IMG/VR virus record: IMGVR_UViG_3300034152_000814
Coordinates: 1 to 64,000 of that record
Strand: one strand, 5' to 3'
DNA: 64,000 bases
Source: a virus
In this document: positions 9,018 through 19,153 of the stretch, piece after piece
How positions within the stretch are numbered: position 1 is the stretch's first letter
How the letters are laid out: every line of letters starts with the position of its first letter
The notes under the pieces: generated by a model
What the model saw: the letters and a program-made list of their open reading frames with translations, nothing else
Databases searched by the model: none
What the model was told of the DNA's origin: nothing
Position numbers and translations under genes: made by a program

Positions 9018-9394
9018 ACGAGTTCACGCTGGATCCGAAGGAGGTAACGGGGCGCGCGCTTGACGGGCTCCAGGAGCGCGTCGAGGTCGAGCTCCGCGAA
9101 GAGCCGGAAGCCCTGGCGCCTGCCCGGGGGATGGTCGCGATCTGCTCACGGGACATTCCGGGGATCATCACGTCGGACGAGCCGCGGAAGGTGACGTACC
9201 CGGACGGGAACGAGGGCGTCGCCTACGTCGGTGTCAGGCTGACGGACGGTGGGCCCTGGAGCTCCAGGACGCCGCGCGTGCTGGGACGGGCGCTGGACCT
9301 GCTGCGCGCGCCGCTGACGTTCGCGCAGTGGGCCCGCGGCGCGCGGTTCCGGCACCTCGTCGTGCGGCCCGACGGCACCCTCGAGACCTCCTGA
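9014..9394 (+). CDS. hypothetical protein
   Basis: ATGA overlap coupling. Confidence 0.5.
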   Translation: MNEFTLDPKEVTGRALDGLQERVEVELREEPEALAPARGMVAICSRDIPGIITSDEPRKVTYPDGNEGVAYVGVRLTDGGPWSSRTPRVLGRALDLLRAPLTFAQWARGARFRHLVVRPDGTLETS

Positions 9395-9558
9395 TGCCGC
9401 CGGTATGGCACGTCGCCCGCGCGCGCTGCGTGATCTTGTGGGTGGCTGTCTTCCCGGAGGGGGCCCCGGTCGACGAGCCGGAGGACCTGAAGGAGTACGA
9501 GGAGCTCGACAGCGCTTTCTACTACCCGGAGGACGCGGATGACGATGGCTGTGGCTGA
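9394..9558 (+). CDS. small acidic protein
   Basis: TGATG overlap coupling. Confidence 0.35.
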   Translation: MPPVWHVARARCVILWVAVFPEGAPVDEPEDLKEYEELDSAFYYPEDADDDGCG

Positions 9559-10042
9559 GAGGCTGCACGTCCCGATCTGGAACGGGAGGTTCGTAGCTGA
9601 CGGGCGCGCGGCGTGGGCGGAGGACCCGCTCCGCGCCATGCTGTCGTGGCCGGCGCTGCCTCCGGGGCCCACGAGGACGCGGCTCGAGACCCTCATGTAT
9701 TGCCGTCCGGATCGCGCCGTGAACCTGCTCCCACCGGACGTCCGGATCGGGACGTGGGAACCGACGACGGCGCGCGCGAACGCTTTCCGACTGGCGAGGT
9801 GGGCCGCGAGCGAGTCGGACATGAATTTCTTCCTCCTCGGTAGGCGCGTGGCTACGGCGTTCGGGGTCGGTGACGCCCCGGTAGGCGCCGAATTCCGCGC
9901 GTGGGGTGTCCCGTGCCTCTTCCTGCCCCACCCCAGCGGCCGGAGCAGGTACCTCAACTCGATCGATAAACGCAGAGAAATACGTCGACGGGTACGTGAC
10001 TTCGCAGAAAGGAGAACGCTATGCGGGGCTGCTCTGGATTGA
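9539..10042 (+). CDS. hypothetical protein, possibly UDG-superfamily-like
   Basis: LFLPHPSGRSRYLN resembles UDG/MUG motif B; weak. Confidence 0.45.
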   Translation: MTMAVAERLHVPIWNGRFVADGRAAWAEDPLRAMLSWPALPPGPTRTRLETLMYCRPDRAVNLLPPDVRIGTWEPTTARANAFRLARWAASESDMNFFLLGRRVATAFGVGDAPVGAEFRAWGVPCLFLPHPSGRSRYLNSIDKRREIRRRVRDFAERRTLCGAALD

Positions 10043-10752
10043 CGTTGGTGCTGATCGCGATACTGGGGGTGCTGATCGCGGCGGCGGTAGTCTTCGCCGA
10101 CGAGGACCTGGGGACGGACGTGAACGAGCTGATGAAGCCGGTGGTGCGCGTGGAGAGGGGACCGTCGAGGTCAACGGGCATGATCATCCACCCCAACGCG
10201 AAGGGGAAGGCGTACGTACTGACCGTGAATCATGGGATCGACGACAGCTTGGATGAACCTGTAGTGGTGGTGTTCTTCGAGTACGAGGATGGTGGGCGGG
10301 AAGTAATTGCGAGGCGTTACGAAGCGGAGGTGGTGGCGACGGAAGCCGAGCTGGATCTCGCGCTGCTCCGGATCGACGTCGGGGACGAGAAGCTCCCGGC
10401 GGTGCGCCTGGCGTCGCCGGGACGGAAGTTGCGGCTGCTCGAGAAGGTGCGCGTAGTCGGTTGCCCCCTCGGGAAGGATCCCGTGGTGAGCGACGGTGAG
10501 GTGACGGACCTCGAGCATGAATTAGATGGGCAGAAGTTCGTCATGACGAGCGCGGGGTACTACCTCGGCAACTCCGGGGGGCCCGTCTTCGTGAAGGACG
10601 ACGGGAAGTGGTACGTCGTCGGGATGATGGCGCGCTCGGAGGGCTTCCGTTGTCAATTGATTACGTACATGGGCTACGCGATTCCGGTCTCGCGGATTCA
10701 CACGTGGCTCCTCGAGCTGACCAGGAAGATGGAAGAGAGTATCGATGGTTAA
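10021..10752 (+). CDS. secreted or membrane trypsin-like (S1/DegP-type) serine protease
   Basis: N-terminal TM/signal; TVNHGID (His), DLALLRID (Asp), GNSGGPVF (Ser). Confidence 0.75.
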   Translation: MRGCSGLTLVLIAILGVLIAAAVVFADEDLGTDVNELMKPVVRVERGPSRSTGMIIHPNAKGKAYVLTVNHGIDDSLDEPVVVVFFEYEDGGREVIARRYEAEVVATEAELDLALLRIDVGDEKLPAVRLASPGRKLRLLEKVRVVGCPLGKDPVVSDGEVTDLEHELDGQKFVMTSAGYYLGNSGGPVFVKDDGKWYVVGMMARSEGFRCQLITYMGYAIPVSRIHTWLLELTRKMEESIDG

Positions 10753-11053
10753 GTGGCTCCTCCTCGTTGTTTTGCTGTTCCTCTGCGGCTGCGTACGCTT
10801 CGCGCGGATCGATTGCTCGCGGTACTACGGGATCGCGACGACGGACGCGCGATCCGGCGTCCGCGCCGACCTCGGGCGGGGCTTCGGGACGGAGTGGTCA
10901 ACGGGGTACCGCATGGAGGTAGGTGAGGAGCCTGGATGGTTGGTTACGGGCGGCGTGACCTGGGGGTGGAAACCCTTCTCCCTGTGGCTCGGCGGCGAGG
11001 TCGTGGAGCCGGACGAGTTCAACTGGCACTTGGGGACGGAGATGGAATTCTGA
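10745..11053 (+). CDS. lipoprotein
   Basis: signal peptide plus lipobox LFLCGC; Trp/Gly-rich. Confidence 0.5.
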   Translation: MVKWLLLVVLLFLCGCVRFARIDCSRYYGIATTDARSGVRADLGRGFGTEWSTGYRMEVGEEPGWLVTGGVTWGWKPFSLWLGGEVVEPDEFNWHLGTEMEF

Positions 11054-11144
11054 TGGGATTGACGTTCCTGCACGAGGCGACGGACGACGCCCGCGGCGCG
11101 GCGCTGATCAAGCTGAGTGATCTGGACGAGGACGAGAGGGTGGA

Positions 11145-11456
11145 ATGAGTGGATCCCGAGCGAAGTGGCTCCGGAGCAAGCTGCGCCGGTTGGAGTTCAA
11201 CCTGACGCTGCGCGGTTGGCGGAAGCTGAAGCGGCGGTGGCGGGACACGCCGCGCCCGGAGCGCGAGTTCTTCGTCGTCTCCCGGGAGGCGACGTTCCTG
11301 CGCAACGAGGACGCGCAGAGGTTGGTAGGCAAGATGTCACCGAAGCAGCGGGACCAGCTCGAGGAGCTCGTGGTCGAGCAGCGCGCTACGGGCATGGATT
11401 CCCGCGGTTTCTGGAAGCGATTGATGGGCATCATCCGGGGGAGGCGGCGTGGCTGA
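11145..11456 (+). CDS. hypothetical basic protein
   Basis: Arg/Lys-rich. Confidence 0.45.
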   Translation: MSGSRAKWLRSKLRRLEFNLTLRGWRKLKRRWRDTPRPEREFFVVSREATFLRNEDAQRLVGKMSPKQRDQLEELVVEQRATGMDSRGFWKRLMGIIRGRRRG

Positions 11457-11601
11457 TTTCGCGAAATGCGGGGGGAAGGGCTGCGCCGTCAAGCGACGGT
11501 GCGCCCGCTACGTGGCACCCCCGGGGATGTGGCAGGGGTGGTTCGAGCCGGAGAGCCCGGGCCCGAATTGCCGGTATTTAATGCCGACGCGGGAGAGGTG
11601 A
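11449..11601 (+). CDS. Cys-rich mini-protein (50 aa)
   Basis: VADFAKCGGKGCAVKRRCARY...NCRY; GTG start; TGATG coupling. Confidence 0.35.
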   Translation: MADFAKCGGKGCAVKRRCARYVAPPGMWQGWFEPESPGPNCRYLMPTRER

Positions 11602-11834
11602 TGAAGGCGGTGCTCGTATTCGACCAGGAGGATCCGGACGACCGCGCGGAGCTCCGGAGGGCGGTGGCGGCGCCCCGGATGCTCTCGGCTCTGTGGGAAT
11701 TCAACGAACTTTTCCGGAAGATCCGGAAGTACGAGGACCACGGCCCGTGCGCCCAAGAGATGGTGGATCGGCTGGAGAGTGCTTTCCACGAACTCCTGGA
11801 CGGGTACGGCGTGAGGCTCGAGGACGAGTACTGA
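11601..11834 (+). CDS. hypothetical protein
   Basis: MKAVLVFDQEDPDD... Confidence 0.5.
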   Translation: MKAVLVFDQEDPDDRAELRRAVAAPRMLSALWEFNELFRKIRKYEDHGPCAQEMVDRLESAFHELLDGYGVRLEDEY

Positions 11835-11844
11835 AGGAGGCGGC

Positions 11845-13341
11845 GTGCGGCAGTTGGTGGAGTGGCGCAAGGTGGAGGGCGCCCTCAAGCCCTTCATGAA
11901 CGGCTACGAGGTGGCGTGGGCCCCCCAGCCCGGCTCCCAGGAGGCGTGGCTGGATTGCGGGATCTACGAGGGGCTCTACGAGGGGACCCGCGGGCCCGGG
12001 AAGACCGATTGCCTCCTCATGGATTTCGCGCAGCACGTCGGGAAATCAGTATGTCCGGGCGACCACAAGGGATACGGCGCCGAATGGCGCGGGATCCTCT
12101 TCCGGCAGACCTACCCCCAGCTCGCCGACCTCGTGGCGAAGACGAAGAAGTGGTTCCCGCGGGTCTTCCCCGCGGCGACGTTCAACGAATCGAAGATGAC
12201 GTGGGCCTGGCCGACGGGCGAGACGCTCAGGCTCTCCTACATGGCCCGGGAGGAGGATTACTGGAACTACCACGGGCACTCCTACCCCTGGATCGGGTGG
12301 GAGGAGCTCACGACCTGGCCGAGCGATCATTGCTACAAGATCATGATGTCGTGCTCCAGGTCGACGCAGCCCGGGATGCCCCGCAAGTACCGTGCCACGT
12401 CGAACCCCTACGGGCCGGGGCACAACTGGGTGAAGGCCCGGTGGCGCCTGCCGCTCGCCCCGGGACGGATCATCGGACCGGTGATCCGGGAGGGTGATCT
12501 GCCCCCGAGGGTAGCGATTCGGGGCCGTCTGACGGAGAATAGAATTCTGTTGGAAGCAGATCCGGAGTACATCGACCGGATCCGCGCCGCGGCGAGGAAT
12601 CCCTCGGAGCTGAAGGCGTGGCTGTACGGCTCCTGGGACATCGTGGCCGGCGGGATGTTCGACGACATCTGGCAACCGAGGTACCACGTCGTCGAGAACA
12701 TTCCCCTCGACGCGATACCCTCAACGTGGCGTTTGAACAGGAGTTACGACCACGGCCAATCGAAACCTTTCTCGGTTGGCTGGTGGGCGCAGTCGAACGG
12801 CGAGCCGATCGAGGTGAACGGCGCCGTCTTCGGGCATGTCCCGGGGGACCTGTTCCGGCTCACCGAGTGGTACGGCTGGAACGGCTCCCCGAATGAAGGT
12901 TTGCGCATGCTGTCGACCGAGATAGCCGACGAGATCCGGGAGCGGGAGAACCGGTGGGGACTCAACGGTCACGTCAAACCAGGTCCCGCGGACTCCTCGA
13001 TCTTCGACGACTTCGAGCCCGGTAAGAGCGTGGCGGGCGACATGGCGAGGCGGGGCGTACGGTGGCAGGCGGCGGACAAGCGGGCCGGGTCCCGCAAGCA
13101 GGGGTGGGAGCAGATCCGGAAGTACCTGAAGGGAGCGGTCCCAGGCGAGGAAGGCGTGCGAGAGTCGCCGGGCCTCTTCATCTGCCGGAACTGCGAGCAA
13201 TTCATCCGGACGTTCCCGGTTCTACCACGCGACGGGAAGGATCCCGACGACGTGGACACGGACGCGGAGGATCACATCGCGGACGAGGTGAGGTACCGGG
13301 TGCGCGAGAAGGTACGGACGGCGAGGAGCTACGATGCCTAA
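11845..13341 (+). CDS. terL: terminase large subunit
   Basis: Walker A GTRGPGKT; RATSNPYGPGHNW terminase signature; RBS gaaggagg. Confidence 0.9.
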   Translation: MRQLVEWRKVEGALKPFMNGYEVAWAPQPGSQEAWLDCGIYEGLYEGTRGPGKTDCLLMDFAQHVGKSVCPGDHKGYGAEWRGILFRQTYPQLADLVAKTKKWFPRVFPAATFNESKMTWAWPTGETLRLSYMAREEDYWNYHGHSYPWIGWEELTTWPSDHCYKIMMSCSRSTQPGMPRKYRATSNPYGPGHNWVKARWRLPLAPGRIIGPVIREGDLPPRVAIRGRLTENRILLEADPEYIDRIRAAARNPSELKAWLYGSWDIVAGGMFDDIWQPRYHVVENIPLDAIPSTWRLNRSYDHGQSKPFSVGWWAQSNGEPIEVNGAVFGHVPGDLFRLTEWYGWNGSPNEGLRMLSTEIADEIRERENRWGLNGHVKPGPADSSIFDDFEPGKSVAGDMARRGVRWQAADKRAGSRKQGWEQIRKYLKGAVPGEEGVRESPGLFICRNCEQFIRTFPVLPRDGKDPDDVDTDAEDHIADEVRYRVREKVRTARSYDA

Positions 13342-14830
13342 GAAAGACCCGAAGCTGGATCCGTCGACGGTCAGCGCGGCCTACGCCGCGTCGGAAGCGT
13401 ACTGGGCGCAGGTGTCCACCATCCTCGACGGGACGGAGGCGATGCGGACTGCCGGCGAGCGGTACTTGCCGCAGCACACGAACGAGAAGGAGCAGCGGTA
13501 CCTCGAGCGGCTCGAGTCCGCCGTCCTCTACAACGCTACGGAGCTCACGCTGGAGAGCTGGGTAGGGCGACCGTTCTCGGATCCGATCAACGTCGGCGAG
13601 GACGTTCCGGACGAGGTGCAGGCGTACCTCGAGGACGTCGACCTCCAGGGGAACGCCGCGGGCGTGTTCGCCCGTAACTGGTTCCGGGAGGGGTTGGCGA
13701 AGGGGCTCGCGCACGTCCTCGTGGATTTCCCGGCGATGGAGGACGAGGAGGTAAGCGTCCGCTCCAGGGCGGACGACCTGCGGGAGAACCGCCGGCCCTA
13801 CTGGTGCTTCGTGCAACCCGAGAACCTGATCTTCGCCTCCGCCGTCGTGGAGAACGGTCGGGAGGTCCTGACGCACGTCCGGATCAAGGAGACGGAGGTC
13901 TCGCGCGTCGGGTTCTGCGAGGAGATCGAGCACCGGATCCGTATCTGGGACAGGATCCTCCCGGGCGAAATGCCGGACCGCCCGGAGTTGGCTGGTCTCG
14001 AGCCGGGCGTCTACGTCTCCCTCTGGGCCCTGCGGCGGGCAGGGAAGAGCAGGAGGGCGGAATGGGAGCTGGTCGAGAACCCGCGGCTCGTGGGGATCCC
14101 CGAGATCCCGCTGGTGACGTTCTACGCGCACCGCGAGGAACTCATGAAGGGGAGGAGCCCTCTCGAGGGGTTGGTCGACCTGAACATCCGGCACTGGCAG
14201 AGCCTCTCGGACCAGATCAACATCCTCACGGCGGGACGGTTCCCGCTGCTCGCGTTGAGCGGTGGCAGCGAGGAGGATTCCATCATCACGATCGGGCCGT
14301 GGAAGGTGCTCTTCACGCCGGACCCGAAGGGGAAGTTCTACTACGTGGAGCACTCCGGGGCGGCGATCGGGGCCGGCCGGGACGACCTGCAGGACCTCGA
14401 GGAGAAGATGGCGGCCTACGGGGCGGATTTCCTGCGCAAGAAACCCGGTTCCCTGACGGCGACAGCCAGGGCCCTCGATTCCGCGGAGGCTACCTCCCCC
14501 CTCCAGGACGCCGTGATCATCTTCAACGACGCGCTCTCACGAGTCATGGAGTACATGGCGATGTGGGAGGGACGGGACGAACTCGGGACGATCTCGGTGA
14601 GCTCCGACTTCGGGCCCGAGGAGTTCGTGAGGGGCGACGTCGACGCGATCAAGGAGGCCCGGAAGCTGCGCGACCTGAGCCGGCGGCGGTTCCTCGAGGA
14701 GCTCAAGCGGCGCGGTGCGCTGGCGGACGAGTTCGACTTCGACGAGAACGATCGGGAGCTGGAGGACGAGACGGGCGAGATCGGCGGGGAGGCTATCTCG
14801 GGAGACATTGATCCGGAGGCAGAGGAATGA
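13334..14830 (+). CDS. portal protein
   Basis: 498 aa directly after terL; acidic C-terminal tail. Confidence 0.75.
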   Translation: MPKKDPKLDPSTVSAAYAASEAYWAQVSTILDGTEAMRTAGERYLPQHTNEKEQRYLERLESAVLYNATELTLESWVGRPFSDPINVGEDVPDEVQAYLEDVDLQGNAAGVFARNWFREGLAKGLAHVLVDFPAMEDEEVSVRSRADDLRENRRPYWCFVQPENLIFASAVVENGREVLTHVRIKETEVSRVGFCEEIEHRIRIWDRILPGEMPDRPELAGLEPGVYVSLWALRRAGKSRRAEWELVENPRLVGIPEIPLVTFYAHREELMKGRSPLEGLVDLNIRHWQSLSDQINILTAGRFPLLALSGGSEEDSIITIGPWKVLFTPDPKGKFYYVEHSGAAIGAGRDDLQDLEEKMAAYGADFLRKKPGSLTATARALDSAEATSPLQDAVIIFNDALSRVMEYMAMWEGRDELGTISVSSDFGPEEFVRGDVDAIKEARKLRDLSRRRFLEELKRRGALADEFDFDENDRELEDETGEIGGEAISGDIDPEAEE

Positions 14831-14881
14831 TTCAATTCATGATGGGACGTCTAAGGTGACGCATTACATGTGAGGTGAGCG

Positions 14882-15451
14882 ATGGAAGGCGCGTTCGGCT
14901 GGATCGGCGAGCTATTCGCCTGGTTCGTCTCGCTGCTCCCGCACCTGGACCTCTGCCGCGTGACGCACCGCGGGCTCAAGTTCAAGCGCGGCGGGAAGGT
15001 GAGGGTGATCGAACCGGGGCTCTACTGGTGGTGGCCGTGCGTGACCGAGGTCGTCACCATGCCGGTCGTCCGGCAATCGGTAGATATTCCAGCGCAAACA
15101 CTTACGACGAAAGACGGCTACTCCATACTAATTTCGATGACATTAGTGTACGAGATCACGGACGTCGAGAAGGCGCTGGCGCAGAGCTACGACGTCGACG
15201 ACACGATCACGGAGTTCGGTGGGACCGCCGCCGTGCAGGTCGTGACGTCGAGGAAGTTCGACGAAGTACGAGAGGCACTGTCGACCGTGGTACCGAAGGA
15301 GCTCAAGAGGCGGTGCCAGAAGGCGTTGTATCCGTTCGGCGTGAAGGTAATCATGGCTCGCCTCACCGACTTCGCCGAGTGCACCGTGATCCGGAATGTC
15401 GGCGACGGCGGCGTGCTGCCGGTCGTCAGCAGCAGCGGGGATGACGAATGA
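14882..15451 (+). CDS. SPFH/band-7 (stomatin/prohibitin-like) domain protein
   Basis: VDIPAQTLTTKDGYSILISMTLVYEITDVEKA matches the stomatin core; N-terminal hydrophobic segment. Confidence 0.65.
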   Translation: MEGAFGWIGELFAWFVSLLPHLDLCRVTHRGLKFKRGGKVRVIEPGLYWWWPCVTEVVTMPVVRQSVDIPAQTLTTKDGYSILISMTLVYEITDVEKALAQSYDVDDTITEFGGTAAVQVVTSRKFDEVREALSTVVPKELKRRCQKALYPFGVKVIMARLTDFAECTVIRNVGDGGVLPVVSSSGDDE

Positions 15452-15624
15452 TTCGGTTCTCGATCGATTTTTGGGACGGCTGGGAGCTCAACCTACAGCT
15501 CCGCTTCAACCCGTGGTACTGGCGCCGCTTCGCGCAGCGGGTGGGCAACGAGGTCGCGCGCGCCGTCGAGGTGTACCTCGGACCGTTCGGTCTCTGGTTC
15601 GGGCAGTGGTTGGATCCGTTCTGA
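15448..15624 (+). CDS. small Trp-rich protein
   Basis: ATGA coupling. Confidence 0.35.
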   Translation: MIRFSIDFWDGWELNLQLRFNPWYWRRFAQRVGNEVARAVEVYLGPFGLWFGQWLDPF

Positions 15625-15625
15625 C

Positions 15626-16822
15626 ATGGCGACCGCGAATCAAGAGTACTTCGACGCGGCCCTGCGCCACCACATCCACGTGAGGCGGTGGGCGACGGGC
15701 GAGGTGCGTCGGGCCCTGGAGCTCCTCGAGGACGTGGACCGGGACGTCGTCCGCCGGCTCCGACGGGGGCTCCCCAACGTCGGCTCGTGGCAGACGAAGC
15801 GGTTCAACGCCCTCCTCGAGAGGATCCGGGACATGCGAGGGGCGGCGATCGCGGAGCTTCACCGGAGGACGAGGGACGACCTCAAGGAGTTCGCCGGCAT
15901 CGAAGCCTCCCTGGAGTCGCGGATCCTCGGGGCGGCGATCCCCATCGAGATCGACCTCCTCGGCGTTCCCGCGGCGAAGCTGCGGAAGATCGTCACGGCC
16001 GAGCCGCTCCGGGGGCGCCACCTGCGGACCTGGTTCGCGGACCTGGCGCGGGAGGACCGTCGTCGGGTGGAGGACGCCCTGCGGATCGGGATGGTCGAGG
16101 GGGAGAGCGTGCCGGCCATGGTACGCCGGATCGCGGGGACGCGCGCCCAGAACTTCCGGGACGGCGTCCTGTCGATCACGCGCCGGAACGCGGAGACCGT
16201 CGTCCGGACCGCGGTGAACCATACCTCGAACCGAGCCCGGGAGGAGATGTGGACCGCGAACGAGGACGTAATCCTCGGCTACAGGTGGACTTCGACGCTC
16301 GACGGACGGACGTCGGCGATCTGCCGGGCCCGGGACGGGCACGTCGCGCCGGTGGAGGGGAAGCCCATTCCCGAGGATTTCATTCTCCTCCAGCCCCCGG
16401 GAGCGAGGCCGCCGGCGCACCCGAATTGCCGGTCGATCATGGTGGCGATCCTCGACCCGGACGGGGTCGTGGGCGAGCGGCCATTCGTCGTGGACACGAG
16501 GACCCGGGCGCGCCGTGAGGTGGACTTCCGTCGCATGGCCCGGGAGACGGGGCGCCCCATCCGGGAGATCCGCAGCGAGTGGGCGGCCGAGGCGGTGGGT
16601 CGCGTTCCAGCGAAAACTACGTATAATCAATGGTTGCGGCGACAGTCCGCGGCGTTCCAGGACGACGTCCTGGGACGGACGAAGGGACGGCTATTCAGGC
16701 GTGGCGAGCTGGAGATGGACGCGTTCGTTGACCGCTCCGGCCGTGAACTCACCCTCGCGGAGCTCGCCGATTCGAGACCGGAGGCGTTCCTGTTGGCCGG
16801 GCTGGACCCGGCGGAGTTCTGA
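15626..16822 (+). CDS. head morphogenesis protein (SPP1 gp7 / Mu F family)
   Basis: HPNCRS motif; position after portal. Confidence 0.8.
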   Translation: MATANQEYFDAALRHHIHVRRWATGEVRRALELLEDVDRDVVRRLRRGLPNVGSWQTKRFNALLERIRDMRGAAIAELHRRTRDDLKEFAGIEASLESRILGAAIPIEIDLLGVPAAKLRKIVTAEPLRGRHLRTWFADLAREDRRRVEDALRIGMVEGESVPAMVRRIAGTRAQNFRDGVLSITRRNAETVVRTAVNHTSNRAREEMWTANEDVILGYRWTSTLDGRTSAICRARDGHVAPVEGKPIPEDFILLQPPGARPPAHPNCRSIMVAILDPDGVVGERPFVVDTRTRARREVDFRRMARETGRPIREIRSEWAAEAVGRVPAKTTYNQWLRRQSAAFQDDVLGRTKGRLFRRGELEMDAFVDRSGRELTLAELADSRPEAFLLAGLDPAEF

Positions 16823-16823
16823 C

Positions 16824-17036
16824 ATGCCGGTTTGCATCGACAAGCGCGGGAAGTTGTTCCGCGTCGTGGAGTGCTCTTCGAAGAAGGTCGCGACGCGCGC
16901 GGACGGCGGACCGGTGGACGGTGGCGGGTACAGGAGCCGCGCGAAGGCCCGGGCCCAGGTGCAAGCCATCAATTTGCGGGAGCGACGCGCCGAAGGGAAA
17001 TCGGCGCCGCCTCCCCCGAAGAAGAAACGGAGGTGA
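16824..17036 (+). CDS. small basic protein
   Basis: C-terminal KKKRR. Confidence 0.45.
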   Translation: MPVCIDKRGKLFRVVECSSKKVATRADGGPVDGGGYRSRAKARAQVQAINLRERRAEGKSAPPPPKKKRR

Positions 17037-17105
17037 TCGTGAAGGCTCCCCGCCGGGCCCGCGCCGCTCGGAGCAAGGCCAGGCGTTCGGGAAAGAAGTG
17101 ATTGG

Positions 17106-17132
17106 CAACCCTCCCGGGAGGGTTGGTGTTTG
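17106..17132 (+). terminator. hairpin terminator
   Basis: palindrome CAACCCTCCCGGGAGGGTTG followed by GTGTTTGG. Confidence 0.4.
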
Positions 17133-17187
17133 GCAGTCCGGCGGGGTGATCCCCCGGCCGGCGGAGTGATTCCACCGGAGGTGCATC

Positions 17188-17982
17188 ATGAAGTTCAATT
17201 TCGCTCAGAACACGGAAGTCGACGCGCTGGACGTGGTGCCGGAGGAGTTCCGGCCGCTGTACGCCGAGAAGGAGGCTGGCGGCTACGCGCTCAAGACGGA
17301 GGACGAGACCGTCAAGGGCGCGGTGGCGGCGATCCTCGGGCTGAACAAGGCCCTCGTGGCGAGCAGGGCGGAGGCCAAGGAGGCCAAGTCCCGGACCGTA
17401 GACCTGAGCGCCCTGAGCGACTACGGCGAGAGCGTCGACGAGATCGCGGCCGGCGTCCAGACCAAGCTCGAGGAGCTGGAGACCCAGGTCGCTGGCGGCA
17501 AGAAGGCGAAGCTCGACCTCGACAAGGTGCGGGCGGACCTCGGCGCGGCCCACGCCAAGCAGATGGAAGCGGTGAACAAGAAGAACGAGGCGCTGACCTC
17601 TCAGCTCCATACCCTCTTGATCACCAACGATTTACGCGCCGCGATCGGCGATCGGGCGATCAACGCGGACCTCGTCCTGCCGTTCGCCGAGCGCCAGATG
17701 CGGGTCGTCGACGAGGACGGCACGCTGAAGGCGTACGTCGTCAACCCGGACGGCACGCAGCGCTTCTCGGGCGTGACGGCGCAGCCGATGACCGGCAAGG
17801 AGCTGATCGAGGAGATGGCGGTCTCCGAGGCGTACGCGCCCCTGTTCCGGAGCAACAAGCCGGATGGCGGCGGGACGCCCCCGGGGAGCCCCGGACGACG
17901 GTCCCAGAACCGCCCGACCGAGGAGCTCAGCGCGAACGAGAAGATCGCCCGCGGGCTCGCCGCGCGGGAGCGGACCAGATAA
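17188..17982 (+). CDS. capsid scaffolding protein
   Basis: Ala/Glu/Lys-rich coiled-coil; position immediately before the major capsid gene. Confidence 0.7.
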   Translation: MKFNFAQNTEVDALDVVPEEFRPLYAEKEAGGYALKTEDETVKGAVAAILGLNKALVASRAEAKEAKSRTVDLSALSDYGESVDEIAAGVQTKLEELETQVAGGKKAKLDLDKVRADLGAAHAKQMEAVNKKNEALTSQLHTLLITNDLRAAIGDRAINADLVLPFAERQMRVVDEDGTLKAYVVNPDGTQRFSGVTAQPMTGKELIEEMAVSEAYAPLFRSNKPDGGGTPPGSPGRRSQNRPTEELSANEKIARGLAARERTR

Positions 17983-18130
17983 ACCCTTGCGGTTCCGACC
18001 GTGAGGTGTGAAAATGTAGGATGTGCGCTGTCGCCGCGGGAGACCCGTGGGCGACTACCTCCTCCGGAGGGGGACCCGACGGAGAGGCGACGAAGTCGGT
18101 AACCCTTTGGCAGTGTAGGAGGTACGTAAG

Positions 18131-19087
18131 ATGGCCAGTGTGACTCTCACGGAATCGGCGAAGCTCGCTCAGGACGACCTGGTGGCCGGTGTCATCGAGA
18201 ACATCGTCACCGTGAACCGCATGTTCGAGCTCCTGCCGTTCGACGGCGTCGAGGGCAACGCTCTCAAGTACAATCGAGAGAACGTCCTCGGCGGGGCCGG
18301 TGTGGCCGGCGTCGGCGACACCATTTCCAGCGACGCCTACGACCCGATCCTCGCCGCGAACAACGCCAAGGATCCGGCGACCTTCACCTCGGTGACGGCC
18401 AGCCTGACCACGATCCTCGGTGACGCCGAGGTCAACGGTCTGATCCAGGCGACCCGCAGCGGTGACGGGAACGACCAGAAGGCGGTCCAGATCGCCAGCA
18501 AGGCCAAGAAGTGCGGGCGGATCTACCAGGACATGCTGATCAACGGCACGGGCGCCGCCGATCAGTTCGACGGGCTGATCAACCTCTGCCCGGTGGGGCA
18601 GATGGTGGATACCGGTGCGACCGGTTCGGCCCTGTCCTTCGCGATCCTGGACGAGCTGCTCGACCTGGTCGTCGACAAGGACGGACAGGTGGACTACATC
18701 GCCATGCACGCGCGGACGATCCGCTCCTTCAAGGAGCTCCTGCGCGGACTCGGCGGTGCCGGCATCGGGGACGTCGTGGAGCTGCCCTCGGGCGCCCGCG
18801 TGCTCTCGTACTCCGGGGTTCCCATCCTCCGGAACGACTGGATTCCGGTCAACCAGACGAAGGGTGGGACGCCGAACTGCACCACGATCTTCGCGGGCAC
18901 GTTCGACGACGGTTCCCGGAGTCACGGCATCGCTGGCCTGACGGCCGAGCGGAAGGCCGGGATCAAGGTCGTGGAGGTCGGCGAGCACCAGGATCGCGAC
19001 GAGTCGATCACCCGCCTGACGTGGTACTGCGGCCTCGCGCTCTTCAGCGAGCTCGGGATCGCGTGCGCGGACGGCATCACGGACTGA
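18131..19087 (+). CDS. major capsid protein (HK97 fold)
   Basis: 318 aa; strong RBS gtaggaggtacg; followed by a strong terminator. Confidence 0.85.
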   Translation: MASVTLTESAKLAQDDLVAGVIENIVTVNRMFELLPFDGVEGNALKYNRENVLGGAGVAGVGDTISSDAYDPILAANNAKDPATFTSVTASLTTILGDAEVNGLIQATRSGDGNDQKAVQIASKAKKCGRIYQDMLINGTGAADQFDGLINLCPVGQMVDTGATGSALSFAILDELLDLVVDKDGQVDYIAMHARTIRSFKELLRGLGGAGIGDVVELPSGARVLSYSGVPILRNDWIPVNQTKGGTPNCTTIFAGTFDDGSRSHGIAGLTAERKAGIKVVEVGEHQDRDESITRLTWYCGLALFSELGIACADGITD

Positions 19088-19097
19088 GTCAGGGGGC

Positions 19098-19134
19098 GAG
19101 GGCGGGGGTCGGGAGCGGCTCCCGCCCTTTTCCG
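19098..19134 (+). terminator. rho-independent terminator
   Basis: GGGCGGGGGTCGGGAGC-g-GCTCCCGCCC followed by TTTTCC. Confidence 0.65.
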
Positions 19135-19153
19135 TAACTGAGAAAGGAGCGAC

